Source of the DNA: Malacoraja senta
Taxonomy: Eukaryota
Assembly (NCBI GenBank): GCA_038087875.1
Contig: CM075993.1
Coordinates: 4,962,001 to 5,026,000, forward strand
Reading direction: 5' to 3'
DNA length: 64,000 nt
A program made the translations under genes and the position numbers. Position 1 is the stretch's first letter; every line of letters begins with the position of its first letter. Positions 26,701 to 36,932 of the stretch are shown piece after piece. Below the pieces are notes generated by a model. It was not told the DNA's origin and searched no databases. It worked only from the letters and a program-made list of their open reading frames with translations.

Positions 26701-29700
26701 ATCTTTCCCTTTTCACCTTAAGCTTATGCCTAAGCCTTCACATTAAGCCTCTGCCTACCCTGGGGAACATGGATAGGTGACGTTTTGGATCAGACTTCAA
26801 TAATATATGAGAACAGAGACACAATAGATGCTGGAATCTTGAGCAAACAATAAAGTGCTGGAAGAACTCAAGGGTCTGTCCCACCTGGCCGTTATTTGCG
26901 AGTAAATGACGCGACAAATCTGAGGAAGGACATTATAGCCATAGAGGGAGTGCAGAGAAGGTTCACCAGACTGATTCCTGGGATGTCAGGACTTTCATAT
27001 GAAGAAAGACTGGATAGACTTGGCTTATACTCGCTAGAATTTAGGAGATTGAGAGGGGATCTTATAGAAACGTACAAAATTCTTATGGGGTTGGACAGGC
27101 TAGATGCAGGAAGATTGTTCCCGATGTTGGGGAAGGCCAGGACAAGGGGTCACAGCTTAAGGATAAGGGGGAAATCCTTTAAGACCGAGATGAGAAAAAC
27201 GTTTTCACACAGAGAGTGGTGAATCTCTGGAACTCTCTGCCACAGAGGGTAGTTGAGGCCAGTTCATTGGCTATATTTAAGAGGGAGTTAGATGTGGCCC
27301 TTGTGGCTAAGGGGATCAGGGGGTATGGAGAGAAGGCAGGTACGGGATACTGAGTTGGATGATCAGCCATGATCATATTGAATGGCGGTGCAGGCTCGAA
27401 GGGCCGAATGGCCTACTCCTGCACCTATTTTCTATGTATCTATGTATCATTTGCGCATCACGATGCACGATGCACGCGTGGTGACACGCAAGTGATGCGC
27501 GCATGGTGTGCATTACACGTGCATGGTGCATGGTGACATAGGCAGTGACGCGCGGTCGTGCCGCCCCAGGATTTTGGGATGTACAAAATCTTTGCGCGCC
27601 ATCTGCGTGACGCGCAAATGACGGCCAAGTGGGACAGGCCCTACAGCAAGTCAAGTAGCATCTGTGGAGGGAAATGGACAGACAACATTTAGGGTAGGGA
27701 CCCTTCCCAAGTCTGTGTTCCTCCAGCAGTTTGCTTTTTACTTCCCGCACCCAAGCGTGTTGCCCATTACTGACAATTCCCTCCAGCATTTAACTTTGCA
27801 GATTTCACTCGCTCTCATTTCTTCACCACCTCCCCAGCTGATTTTGCCCCCCGAATCCCTCCTGCCCACTGACAACATCAACCGGTCATATGACGAACAT
27901 TTGGTACAATAATTAGATATGTTAATACAAGTACCAATTAAATACTTAGCAAAGCGCCAGCTATTCACTCTCCCTCTCTCTGTCACATAAACAAACAAGT
28001 CGGTGTCGACCCACCCACTCACTCCCAACAAGGCATTCTCACATGTTTCAGCCAGAGGTTTGTCTCCATAATTTGATTGACTTCATCCTGTAACAAACCA
28101 GGCAGAAACATATTAGGGTTGTGGTCATCGGTACAGGAAAGCTTAGTAAACAAAACACAAAATCTGATCAAGAGATGTGGATGCAGCCCAGTGCATCACA
28201 CAGACCTGCCTTCCCACCTTCAGCTCCATCTAGACTTTACGCTGCCTCGGGAAGACAGGCAACATTATCAAGGACCTTTTCCACCCCGGTCATTCCCCCT
28301 TCTCCCCTCTCCTGTTGGGTAGGGATACAAATATGAAAGGCCTAGATAGAGTGGATGTGGAGAGGATGTTTCCACTAGTGGGAGAGTCTAGGACCAGAGA
28401 GGCCTCAGAAAAAAAAGATGTACCTTCAGAAAGGAGATGAGGAGGAATTTCTTTAGTCAGAGGGTGATGAATCTGTGGAATTCATTGCCGCAGAAGGTTG
28501 CGGAGGCCAAGTCAATGGATATTCTTAAGGTGGAGATTGATAGATTCTTCATTAGTACGGGTGTCAGGGGTTATGGGGAGAAGTCAGGAGAATGGGGTTA
28601 GGAGGGAGAGATAGCTCAAACATGATTGAACAGCGGAGTAGATTTGATGGGCTGAATGGCGTTCTCCCATAAGCTAGGGTGATCTTCCAACCTACCACAT
28701 TGTGGACCCTGGACTTTTACACTGTGACTGTAATGTGGGAACACTATATTCTACAGTTTGGTCGTTCTCTCTGCACTATTTATGTTGTATGCCTTAATTA
28801 TACTCATTTATAATATCATTTGACTACATAACACGCAAACAAAATATTTTCACTGTATCTCAGTATAGGCGACAATAATAAGCCGATACAAATACCAATG
28901 TGGTCACAGGCAGAACATGCAAGTTCTAATGTACAGATAATTCTAATTTTTATTGGCAAAACCAGCAGCCAATTTGCAATCAGCAACTTTCCACAAGTAG
29001 TAATGAGAACAGTTAATTGCCCTTCAAATTAATATATTGGGCAGTGGTTGAGTTCAGTGTTATGCTTGTCGCCTGATTGTACAGTACTCGTGTATAGTTT
29101 GATTTATTTTAACTGGGTAGCTCGCAAACATATCCCGTGACATAATAAATCGATAATAATTTTTTAAAAGGATAGCGGGCTGCGGCAAGGGCCCGTTACT
29201 GTACCACTTTGATGAGCTGAGACAGGGACACCTCGAAGTGCACGATGACTGGGTCGAACACATTCTCCACAGGCCGAATGCGCTCACTGTAGTTGGCGAA
29301 GAGTTTGGCGATGAGTCTTTTCTCCCCTTCGAAGGTCAGAGCACCTTTCATAGAAACAGAGAAAATAGGTGCAGGAGGAGGCCATTCGGCCCTTCGAGCC
29401 ATTCAATACGATCATGGCAGATCATCTAAAATCAGTACCCCGTTCCTGCTTTTTTTCCCCATAATCCCTTGATCCCTTTAGCCCTAAGAGATAAATCTAA
29501 CTCTCTTGAAGAGTGAATTGGCCACTGCCTTCTGTGGCAGCGAGGGGAGCAGCGATTACTTCCATTTAACCCGGTATAAACCGATACTGTGCAGGAAGAG
29601 AAAGAGATATAGAGACCCGCAGGAAATATCTCTTACGTGACTCCAACGCTGAGTAAGATCTCACAAGCATATTTATGGGCAGTGCAGTTAAGGAGTCATA

Positions 29701-30091
29701 AGTTTGTAGGAAGGAACTGCAGATGCTGCTTTACACCGAAGATAGACACAAGATGCTGGAGTAACTCAGCGGGACAGGCAGCATCTCTGGGGACAAGGAA
29801 TGGGTGACGTTTCTGAAGAAGGGTCTCGACCCGAAATGTCACCTATTCCTCTTAAGAGACGCTGCCTGTCCCACTGAGATACTCCAGCATTGATTTTGTG
29901 CCTGTTTATAGAGCCTTGTGTCATTTCTCGAAGCTCCGAACTAAACCGCAGGAGGTGGTTATTTAAAGGACAGGTTAGCACCTATCTGCCTTAGACCCGA
30001 GTGAAGATGCAGGCACATCAAGTTGGGACTAACCTCCAAGCAGCAGAAGCAGCAACCAGCCGCCCAGCGGCGACGCCCAGGATCCTCCCAT
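17608..30091 (-). CDS. CHRNA3: Neuronal nicotinic acetylcholine receptor alpha3-like subunit, divergent, 488 aa, 6 exons
   Basis: complement join(30034-30091,29205-29344,28043-28087,25722-25831,20807-21791,17608-17736) = 1467 nt, open frame, canonical 140/45/110-bp exons. Has signal peptide, Cys-loop [15 protein letters not shown], loop C YNCCEEIY and 4 TM. Closer to alpha3 than alpha6 ([37 protein letters not shown]). Orthologue versus paralogue unresolved. Confidence 0.9.
18804..19310 (-). mobile_element. L1/Tx1-like LINE 3' end with A-rich tail
   Basis: ORF end [22 protein letters not shown], pyrimidine-rich 3'UTR, AATAAA and A-rich tail on minus strand. Confidence 0.55.
20807..21791 (-). 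CDS. CHRNA3: alpha3-like exon 5 (985 bp; Cys-loop, loops B/C, M1-M3, intracellular loop)
   Basis: ttccag|TGCAGTT...AAGGAG|gtgaga; overlaps ORF 20759..21754. Confidence 0.96.
22675..22956 (+). mobile_element. Penelope-like internal fragment (RT-EN linker)
   Basis: Degenerate translation [40 protein letters not shown]. Confidence 0.65.
25420..25586. mobile_element. Same Harbinger MITE family, left end missing
   Basis: Ends gacggccaagtgggacaggccct|taa. Confidence 0.75.
25722..25831 (-). CDS. CHRNA3: alpha3-like exon 4 (110 bp)
   Basis: tcccag|ATTTGG...AACAA|gtaaga; [36 protein letters not shown]. Confidence 0.95.
26871..27642. mobile_element. Same Harbinger MITE family, interrupted by a CR1-like LINE 3' fragment (26917-27446)
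   Basis: Both TIRs present; LINE ORF remnant [31 protein letters not shown] splits gcgaca|tcattt. Confidence 0.85.
28043..28087 (-). CDS. CHRNA3: alpha3-like exon 3 (45 bp)
   Basis: ttacag|GATGAA...AAACAT|gtgaga; [15 protein letters not shown]. Confidence 0.95.
29205..29344 (-). CDS. CHRNA3: alpha3-like exon 2 (140 bp)
   Basis: gaaag|GTGCT...AAAGTG|gtacag; [47 protein letters not shown]. Confidence 0.93.
30034..30091 (-). CDS. CHRNA3: alpha3-like exon 1 (signal peptide)
   Basis: ATG at 30091; [19 protein letters not shown]+G|gttagt; phase 1 matches exon 2. Confidence 0.85.
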
Positions 30092-30105
30092 CCAGAGGAA
30101 TGACT

Positions 30106-30127
30106 GTGGTGCTGAAAGGACAGCGCC
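30106..30127. promoter_or_regulatory. Non-canonical RE1/NRSE (both REST half-sites, left half inverted) just upstream of alpha3-like ATG
   Basis: GTGGTGCTGAA (reverse complement of TTCAGCACCAC) + A + GGACAGCGCC, in a GC-rich promoter/5'UTR region. Confidence 0.5.
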
Positions 30128-30389
30128 CGAAGCCAGCGCTGCTCCACGAGTCTGGGCTCAGAGTGAACCTCGGGCGTCAGCGACAGAGGGCGGAGCAGGT
30201 TCCCGACCGCTCCCTGCCTCTCGCTGGGACAACGCCACCCTGCCTCCCTCATAGCCAGAGACACAAGGAACCACACAAGGAACAATCCCGTCCAGAATTG
30301 TCACCTGCTCACCTCCCTCCACAGATGCTGCCTGACCCTCTGAATGTAAAATCACCAAGGGATTGGAAAGGCTAGATGCAGGAAGCTCC

Positions 30390-31122
30390 TCACTCTCTCT
30401 CCACCCCTATCTCTCTCTCCCCCCTCTCTCTCTCCCCCTCTCTCTGCCCCCTCTCTCCCTTTCTCTCTCCCTCTCTTCTCTCTTCCCCCTCTCCCATTCT
30501 CTCCCTTCTCTCTCTCCCCCCCTCTCTCTCTCCCCATTTCTCTCTCTCTCTCTCCCTCTCTCTCTCTCCCCCTCTCTCCCATTCTCTCCCCCTCTCTCTC
30601 CCCCCCTCTCTCTCCCCTCTCCTCTCTCCCCCTCTCTCCTCCCATTCTCTCCCCCTCTCTCTCTCCCCTCTCTCTCTCTCTCCTCTCTCCCCCCCTCTCT
30701 CNNNNNNNNNNNNNNNNNNNNNNNNNNNNNNNNNNNNNNNNNNNNNNNNNNNNNNNNNNNNNNNNNNNNNNNNNNNNNNNNNNNNNNNNNNNNNNNNNNN
30801 NNNNNNNNNNNNNNNNNNNNNNNNNNNNNNNNNNNNNNNNNNNNNNNNNNNNNNNNNNNNNNNNNNNNNNNNNNNNNNNNNNNNNNNNNNNNNNNNNNNN
30901 NTGATTACTGAAGGGGGGGGGGGTAAAATGTAAACTTGGTTTTATTTCAAGACCAATACTTTTGTTAATTTGATAAAATGTATGGGAGCTCACTAGTGTG
31001 TGTACAATGTCTGTAAGTCAGGTATTTGTAAGCCTAGGAGAGTCTGTACTGTGGTCCTAACATGCTGAAACACTCTGCAACATTCCACAAGAGAATCAAC
31101 GAACTCAGTGTGACACTTGACC

Positions 31123-31166
<44 letters not shown>

Positions 31167-31190
31167 TTCTTTTTTTCTTTTTTCTTTTTT

Positions 31191-31233
<43 letters not shown>

Positions 31234-31269
31234 TCTCTCTTTCTCTCTCTCTTTCTCTCTTTCTCTCTC

Positions 31270-31319
<50 letters not shown>

Positions 31320-31346
31320 TCTCTCTCTCTCTCCTCACTCTCTCTC

Positions 31347-31396
<50 letters not shown>

Positions 31397-31448
31397 CCTC
31401 TTCCCTCTCCCCCCTCTCTCCCTTTCTCTCCCCCTCTCTCGCTCCCCC

Positions 31449-31486
<38 letters not shown>

Positions 31487-31607
31487 TTCTCTCTCTCTCT
31501 CCCCCCCCTTTCTCTCCCCCCTCTCTCTCTCTCTCTCTCTCTCCCTTTCTCTCTCTCTCTCCCCCCCTTTCTCTCCCCCCCCTCTCCCTTTCTCCCCCCC
31601 TCTCTCA

Positions 31608-31680
<73 letters not shown>

Positions 31681-31760
31681 TCTCTCTCTCCCCCCTCTCT
31701 CACCCCCCTCTCTCTCTCTCTCTCTCTCTCCCCCTCTCTCTCTCTCCCCCCCTCTCTCAC

Positions 31761-31842
<82 letters not shown>

Positions 31843-31940
31843 CCTCTCTCTCTCTCTCCCCCTCTCTCCCCCCACCTCTCTCTCTCCCCCCTCCCTTCCT
31901 CTCCTTCCATCCCTCCCTCCCTCCCTCTCTCCCTCTCTCC
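30390..31940. repeat. Long (CT)n/polypyrimidine tracts (30390-30701, 31120-31940) around the gap
   Basis: Nearly pure C/T on + strand; source of spurious SL/ER-repeat ORFs. Confidence 0.97.
30702..30901. other. Assembly gap (200 N) between CHRNB4 3' end and alpha3-like promoter
   Basis: Run of N abutting a CT-rich tract. Confidence 1.
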
Positions 31941-32939
31941 AACTTAAAACACATTTGTTTTTGTTTTCCAGTTCCGACCAAGTGTTCTTGACCAAAACAC
32001 CAACCCTGCTTCCCTCCCCACTGATGTTTCCTGACTTGCTGAGGGAGCGCTTCCAGTATTTTATGTATTTTTGTCTCTCGTGGACAAGTTACACATTGTG
32101 TAACGCTCGCTCTCCTGCTGACTCTCTCTTTCTGTCTGAGTATAGACGATGATTCACACGGTAGCGGTTTAGTAGTCATTACTGCAGACTGCAGTGGTAT
32201 AATGCTATAAATCCCAGTAAATTACACAGTCCCTACTCCTCGAGGCAAAACCATGTCACATACAGCACTGTGGACCAGAGCCTTCTCTTGCGAAATATTA
32301 AACACTGAATTCAGATCTGTTGTAACTCCCTGTGAACTTTAGCTCAGATCAATGATGCTTCAAGCCCAGAGGCACTGGGGAGCTCTTAATCAGCTAATGT
32401 TACCATCCGGAAAATCAGTACTAATTGCCAGAAAATGATCGGCCATGATCACAATGAATGGCGGTGCTGGCTCGAAGGGCCTCCTCCTGCACCTATTTTC
32501 TATGTTGCTACCTCACGGATCCGTCAGCGTTGTCCTGTGTTTATAAGAAATATTGCTGGGGTTATAATGCATGGTGCAGAAAAAAAAAACTTGTCTTCCT
32601 CTGTCACCTTTTATCCCACATCAGGATATCTCAAAGTGATCCACAGCCAGTGGTGAGTGTTGCAACATTTGGGAATCATTTTTGTCTAGCAAGCTCCCAC
32701 GAACATCAATGGGATAAATGACTGGATGATGTGTTTAAGAAGGAATTGCAGATGCTGGAAAATCGAAGGTAGACAAAAATGCTGGAGAAACTCAGCGGGT
32801 GCAGCAGCATCTCTGGAGCGAAGGAAATAGGCAACGTTTCGGGACGAAACCCTTCTTCAGACTGATGGGGGGTGGGGAGAAGAAAGGAAAAAGGCGGAGG
32901 AGGAAACTGTCTCTGGAGAGAGGAGGAGAACTTCTTCAA

Positions 32940-33525
32940 AGTAGAAACAGTATTTATATAACGCTTTTCAGGACTCAAAGTCACTTTACATGGAGAGTCA
33001 AGAATAAACAAAACAAAATAGAGCAGTAAGACAGAGATGCAAAGGGGAGGGGGACATGGGACTAAGGGTATGCAGAGGTGAAGAGATGGGTCTTGAGGCG
33101 GGACTGGAAGATGGTGAGGGACTCAGAATTTCGGACCGGTTGTGGGAGGGAATTCCAGAGCCTGGGAGCTGCCCTGGAGAAGGCTCTGCCTCCAAAAGTG
33201 CAGAGGTTTGATTTCGGAGTGGAGAGGAGACCAGCTGATGTGGATCTGAGGGACCGTGAGGGTTGGTAGGGGGGAGATGAGGTCAGTGAGATAAGGGGGG
33301 GGGGGCCAAGTGGTTGAGGGCTTTGTAGGTGAGGACCAGGATTTTGTAGATGATCCGGTGGGAAATGGGAAGCCAGTGGAGTTCTTTTGAGAACTGGGGT
33401 GATGTGGTGCCAGGAGTTGGTGTGGGTAATGAGTCGGGCGGCTGCATTTTGGACCAGTTGGAGTCGGTTGATGCTGTTGGAATTGATTCCGAAAAGAAGA
33501 GAGTTACAGTAGTCCAGTCGAGATA
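32940..33525 (-). mobile_element. L2-clade LINE 3' fragment (another at 9200-9455 +)
   Basis: SRLDYCNSLLFG..RLQLVQNAAARLIT..HITPVLK..GGRAFSRAAPRLWNSLP..FQSRLKTHLF. Confidence 0.8.
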
Positions 33526-36497
33526 ACCCCTCAGACTGTACAACATTCACAGAGCGCTCCACTGGAAGGACAGCCTGAATGTTGAATTGAATTGAATTAA
33601 GAGATGCAGCGTGGAAACAGGTCCTTCGGCCCACCGGGGTCCACGCTAGTTCTATGCAATCCCCACTTCCACACTAGGGGCAAATTACCGAGGCCAACTA
33701 ACCAACAAACCTACACGTTTGTGGGATGTGGGAGGAAACCGGAGCGACCGGGAGTCACAGGGAGAACGTGCAAACTCCACACAGGCAGCACCCCAGGTCA
33801 CGATTGAACTCGAGTCTCCGGTGCTGTGAGGCTGCAGCTCTACTGTGCCGCCTGCGTTGCACTTGAATCTCAGACACAGGGATTTGAACTCTCTAACTCC
33901 CCACTGAAGTAGTGTTGGCTACTCAGCCATTGCTAATAGGTACATTATAATAGAATGTTCTTAACATTTTGAAAGAGCAATCATCTAATTCAACCACAAT
34001 TTTCCCCATGGAGATCGGCATTTTAAGATTAAAAGGGATGACTGAAATAATGTATAGTTTAAAATTAAATTTGTATGTTAGCATCATTAATGGGTGGCTA
34101 TTAAATATTAAGGTCCTCAATGCCAAACAACAGACATCCAGGAAATGGTAGACCAAGATTTCACATTAAGACAGGTTTTTGCTTCTTTATAACCTTTCCA
34201 ATATTTTCTAGGTTTTTAAATATTTTCATTGGGAAATAAATGAATCTTTTTGGAGAAGGCAGGAACGGGGTACTGATTGGGGATGATCAGCCATGATCAC
34301 AGTGAATGGCGGTGCTGGCTCGAAGGGCCGAATGGCCTCCTCCTTCACCAATTGTCTATTGTCTATTGTCTATGTCAGGGAGTGACACAGCTCTGCAAGC
34401 TGTCCCTCACTTATCTACCTCACTGAATCCCTCTCTGAGCCATCTGTCCAAGCTGATTTAATCATATATATATTATTGGGTGTTGCTGACAAGACCAGCA
34501 TTTCAAAGCTGGATGTTTAAGAAGGAACTGCAGATGCTGGAAAATCGAAGGTAGACAAAAATGCTGGGGAAACTCAGCTGGGTGAGGCAGCATCTATGGA
34601 GCGAAGGAATAGGTGACGTTTCGGGTCGAGACCCTTCTACAGACCTGACCCAAAACATCACCTATTCCTTCGCTCCATAGTTGCAAAGGAAATAGGCAAC
34701 GTTTCGGGTCGAAACCCTTCTTCATGCAAGGGGGCTAGTCCTCCTCTCAAGTCAATGTCAAAACATTGACACCAATAGCAGAAGGATTCTCTTCCGTACT
34801 GTTTAAGAAGGAACTGGAGATGCTGGAAAATCGAAGGGAGACAAAAGTGCTGGAGAAACTCAGCGGGTGCAGCAGCATCTATGGAGCAAAGGAAATAGGC
34901 AACGTTTCGGGACGAAACCCTTCCGGGTTTCGTCCCGAAACGTTGCCTATTTCCTTCAGGGTTTCGGCCCGAAACGTTGCCTATTTCCTTCAGGGTTTCG
35001 GCCCGAAACGTTGCCTATTTCCTTTGCTCCATAGATGCTGCTGCACCCGCTTAGTTTCTCCAGCACTTTTGTCTACCTTCTCTTCCATACTACCCAGCAT
35101 CAACCTAATCCACCTCTAAAGCGCATGCTCTGGTCCTGATCACGTTGCTGTTTGTGAGAATGTAATGTACAACATCTCGAGTGGGAATTAATTGGTTGCA
35201 AAGTGCTTTTGGACATCCTAAGGACGCAAGAGACACCACATAATAATTTTGAAAAATGGCCATAATTCCGCAACTCGGAAAAAAAACCAACATGAAATTA
35301 ATATGATATTTGTAATTTGCAGGTTCATTAATCTCAACCAAGTGCCCCAGATACAAACACTACCATCTATGTAAATAATATCTTTAACAGCTAGTGCTTT
35401 CGTTCAGAAATCCGGTCCAACGCACATCCTGATGCTAATGAATTAATGGAGTAACCAATTTATTAAAGTCATTTTTAATCATATTTTCCTCATAAAAATC
35501 CACCAAATGGCACTGGCATCAAAACCAATTATTATCTATATCTGGAGAAGCTTGCACCCGCTGAGTTTCTCCAGCTTTTTGTCTACCTTCGATTTTCCAG
35601 CATCTGCAGTTCCTTCTTGAACATTATCTATTATCTATTATCTATTATCCACGGTATTTGAAAATAGGATTGGGATGAAATAATAGGTGACGTTTCGGGT
35701 CGAGTCCTGGGTCACCTATTCCTTTTCTCCAGAGATGCTGTCTGTACCGATGAGTTGCTCCAGGGGGGTGGGAGATTGCAACCTTCACCTGGTCCACCCT
35801 GTTTCGACGAATGGAAACAACCTGGCGTGCACAATCAAATAAGATCAAATAGGACAAGTTGTCCGACAACGTTAGGCTGTGCACGCCATACACAAGAAGA
35901 AGTTGCTCCAGCTTTTTGTGTCTAACTTCCCTGCTCTTGTCCCTCTCCATATGATTCATGTGATGATGTTGCTCCATCCTGTAAGCTCCTCCATTCCAAC
36001 ATTGTCTGCCCGCAGCCACGGAAATCACTATCTAAACATGCGGGGGACAGAATTTCTTGGCGGGTGCGCACGCTGATGCGCACACACGCGAGGCTTCGGC
36101 CGTGGGCCCTGTGGACGGTAACATCGGGAGCTGACCTGGTTGGTGACCGACTCCGAACTCCAGCAACAGCTGCTCCGTCCACCCCCGAATCGTGGGGCTT
36201 GAATCAGCCTGTTCACGGGGTCTTTCATCGGCCGGCGGGGGCTTCAACATCGGGAGCCTCGATCGCCTCGATGCAGCAGTTTGATTTTAAGCCGCGCCGG
36301 GCGCTGAAAGGCCCCACGAACGAGCCGATTCAACCCTTAGAAAGCGTCTGATAAAGTCCGGATTACAAAACATTGGGGGGGGGGATTGTCCCCCACCTCT
36401 CAAAGCATGGGCGCGACGTGTCCCCCCGTCCCCCCCCAGGATTTCCGCCCCTGTCTGCCCGTGAATGAGGAAGAGCACCAATTGTTTCACAGTGGTT

Positions 36498-36507
36498 TTT
36501 ATTTATT
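36498..36507 (-). promoter_or_regulatory. Candidate CHRNB4 polyA signal (overlapping AATAAA x2)
   Basis: TTTATTTATT on + strand about 300 nt downstream of the stop. Confidence 0.55.
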
Positions 36508-36803
36508 TAGAACTGAGCAATTTTCAAAAGGAGGATATAAAGTTAAATAATCAAAAATACTTTGTATCAAACCAAAGCCTTAACTGATTAATAGAAGATT
36601 AGCTGTTGAAGCAAAAGTTATGCTACAATTCATACGTAATAATGCCCCGATTTAGCACGGCTTTATATGGATAGGTAGGTAGCGCGGACATTGGGGGAGG
36701 CAGGCGATTGTTGAATGCTCCACCTTCCTGGTGAAAAAAGGCCAGTGGATTAAAAATTCCAGGAGCGGTGGAAGTCCGTGTGCAGGGGCAGCTGCGGCAG
36801 GTC

Positions 36804-36932
36804 TCAGTGATGCTGCGTTTGGCAGAAGGGTTGCAGGAACAATCCGACCGTCCCCAAGATGCAGACTACAATAAAAATCCACAGGAACAGTCGATCCACC
36901 ACCATGGCCACATATTTCCAGTCTTCATTCAC
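36804..36932 (-). CDS. CHRNB4: CHRNB4 exon 6 (M4, stop)
   Basis: ttgcag|GTGAAT...[48 protein letters not shown]. Confidence 0.95.
   Translation of the reverse strand: MNEDWKYVAMVVDRLFLWIFIVVCILGTVGLFLQPFCQTQHH

Noticed and set aside
31062..31995. Long ORFs of 276-309 aa (SL/ER repeats)
   Set aside because: Translations of the (CT)n microsatellite; no coding signal.
36804..36835. Suspected frameshift at the beta4 C-terminus
   Set aside because: QPFCQTQHH* aligns in frame with recalled human PPLFQTH; exon length is a multiple of 3.
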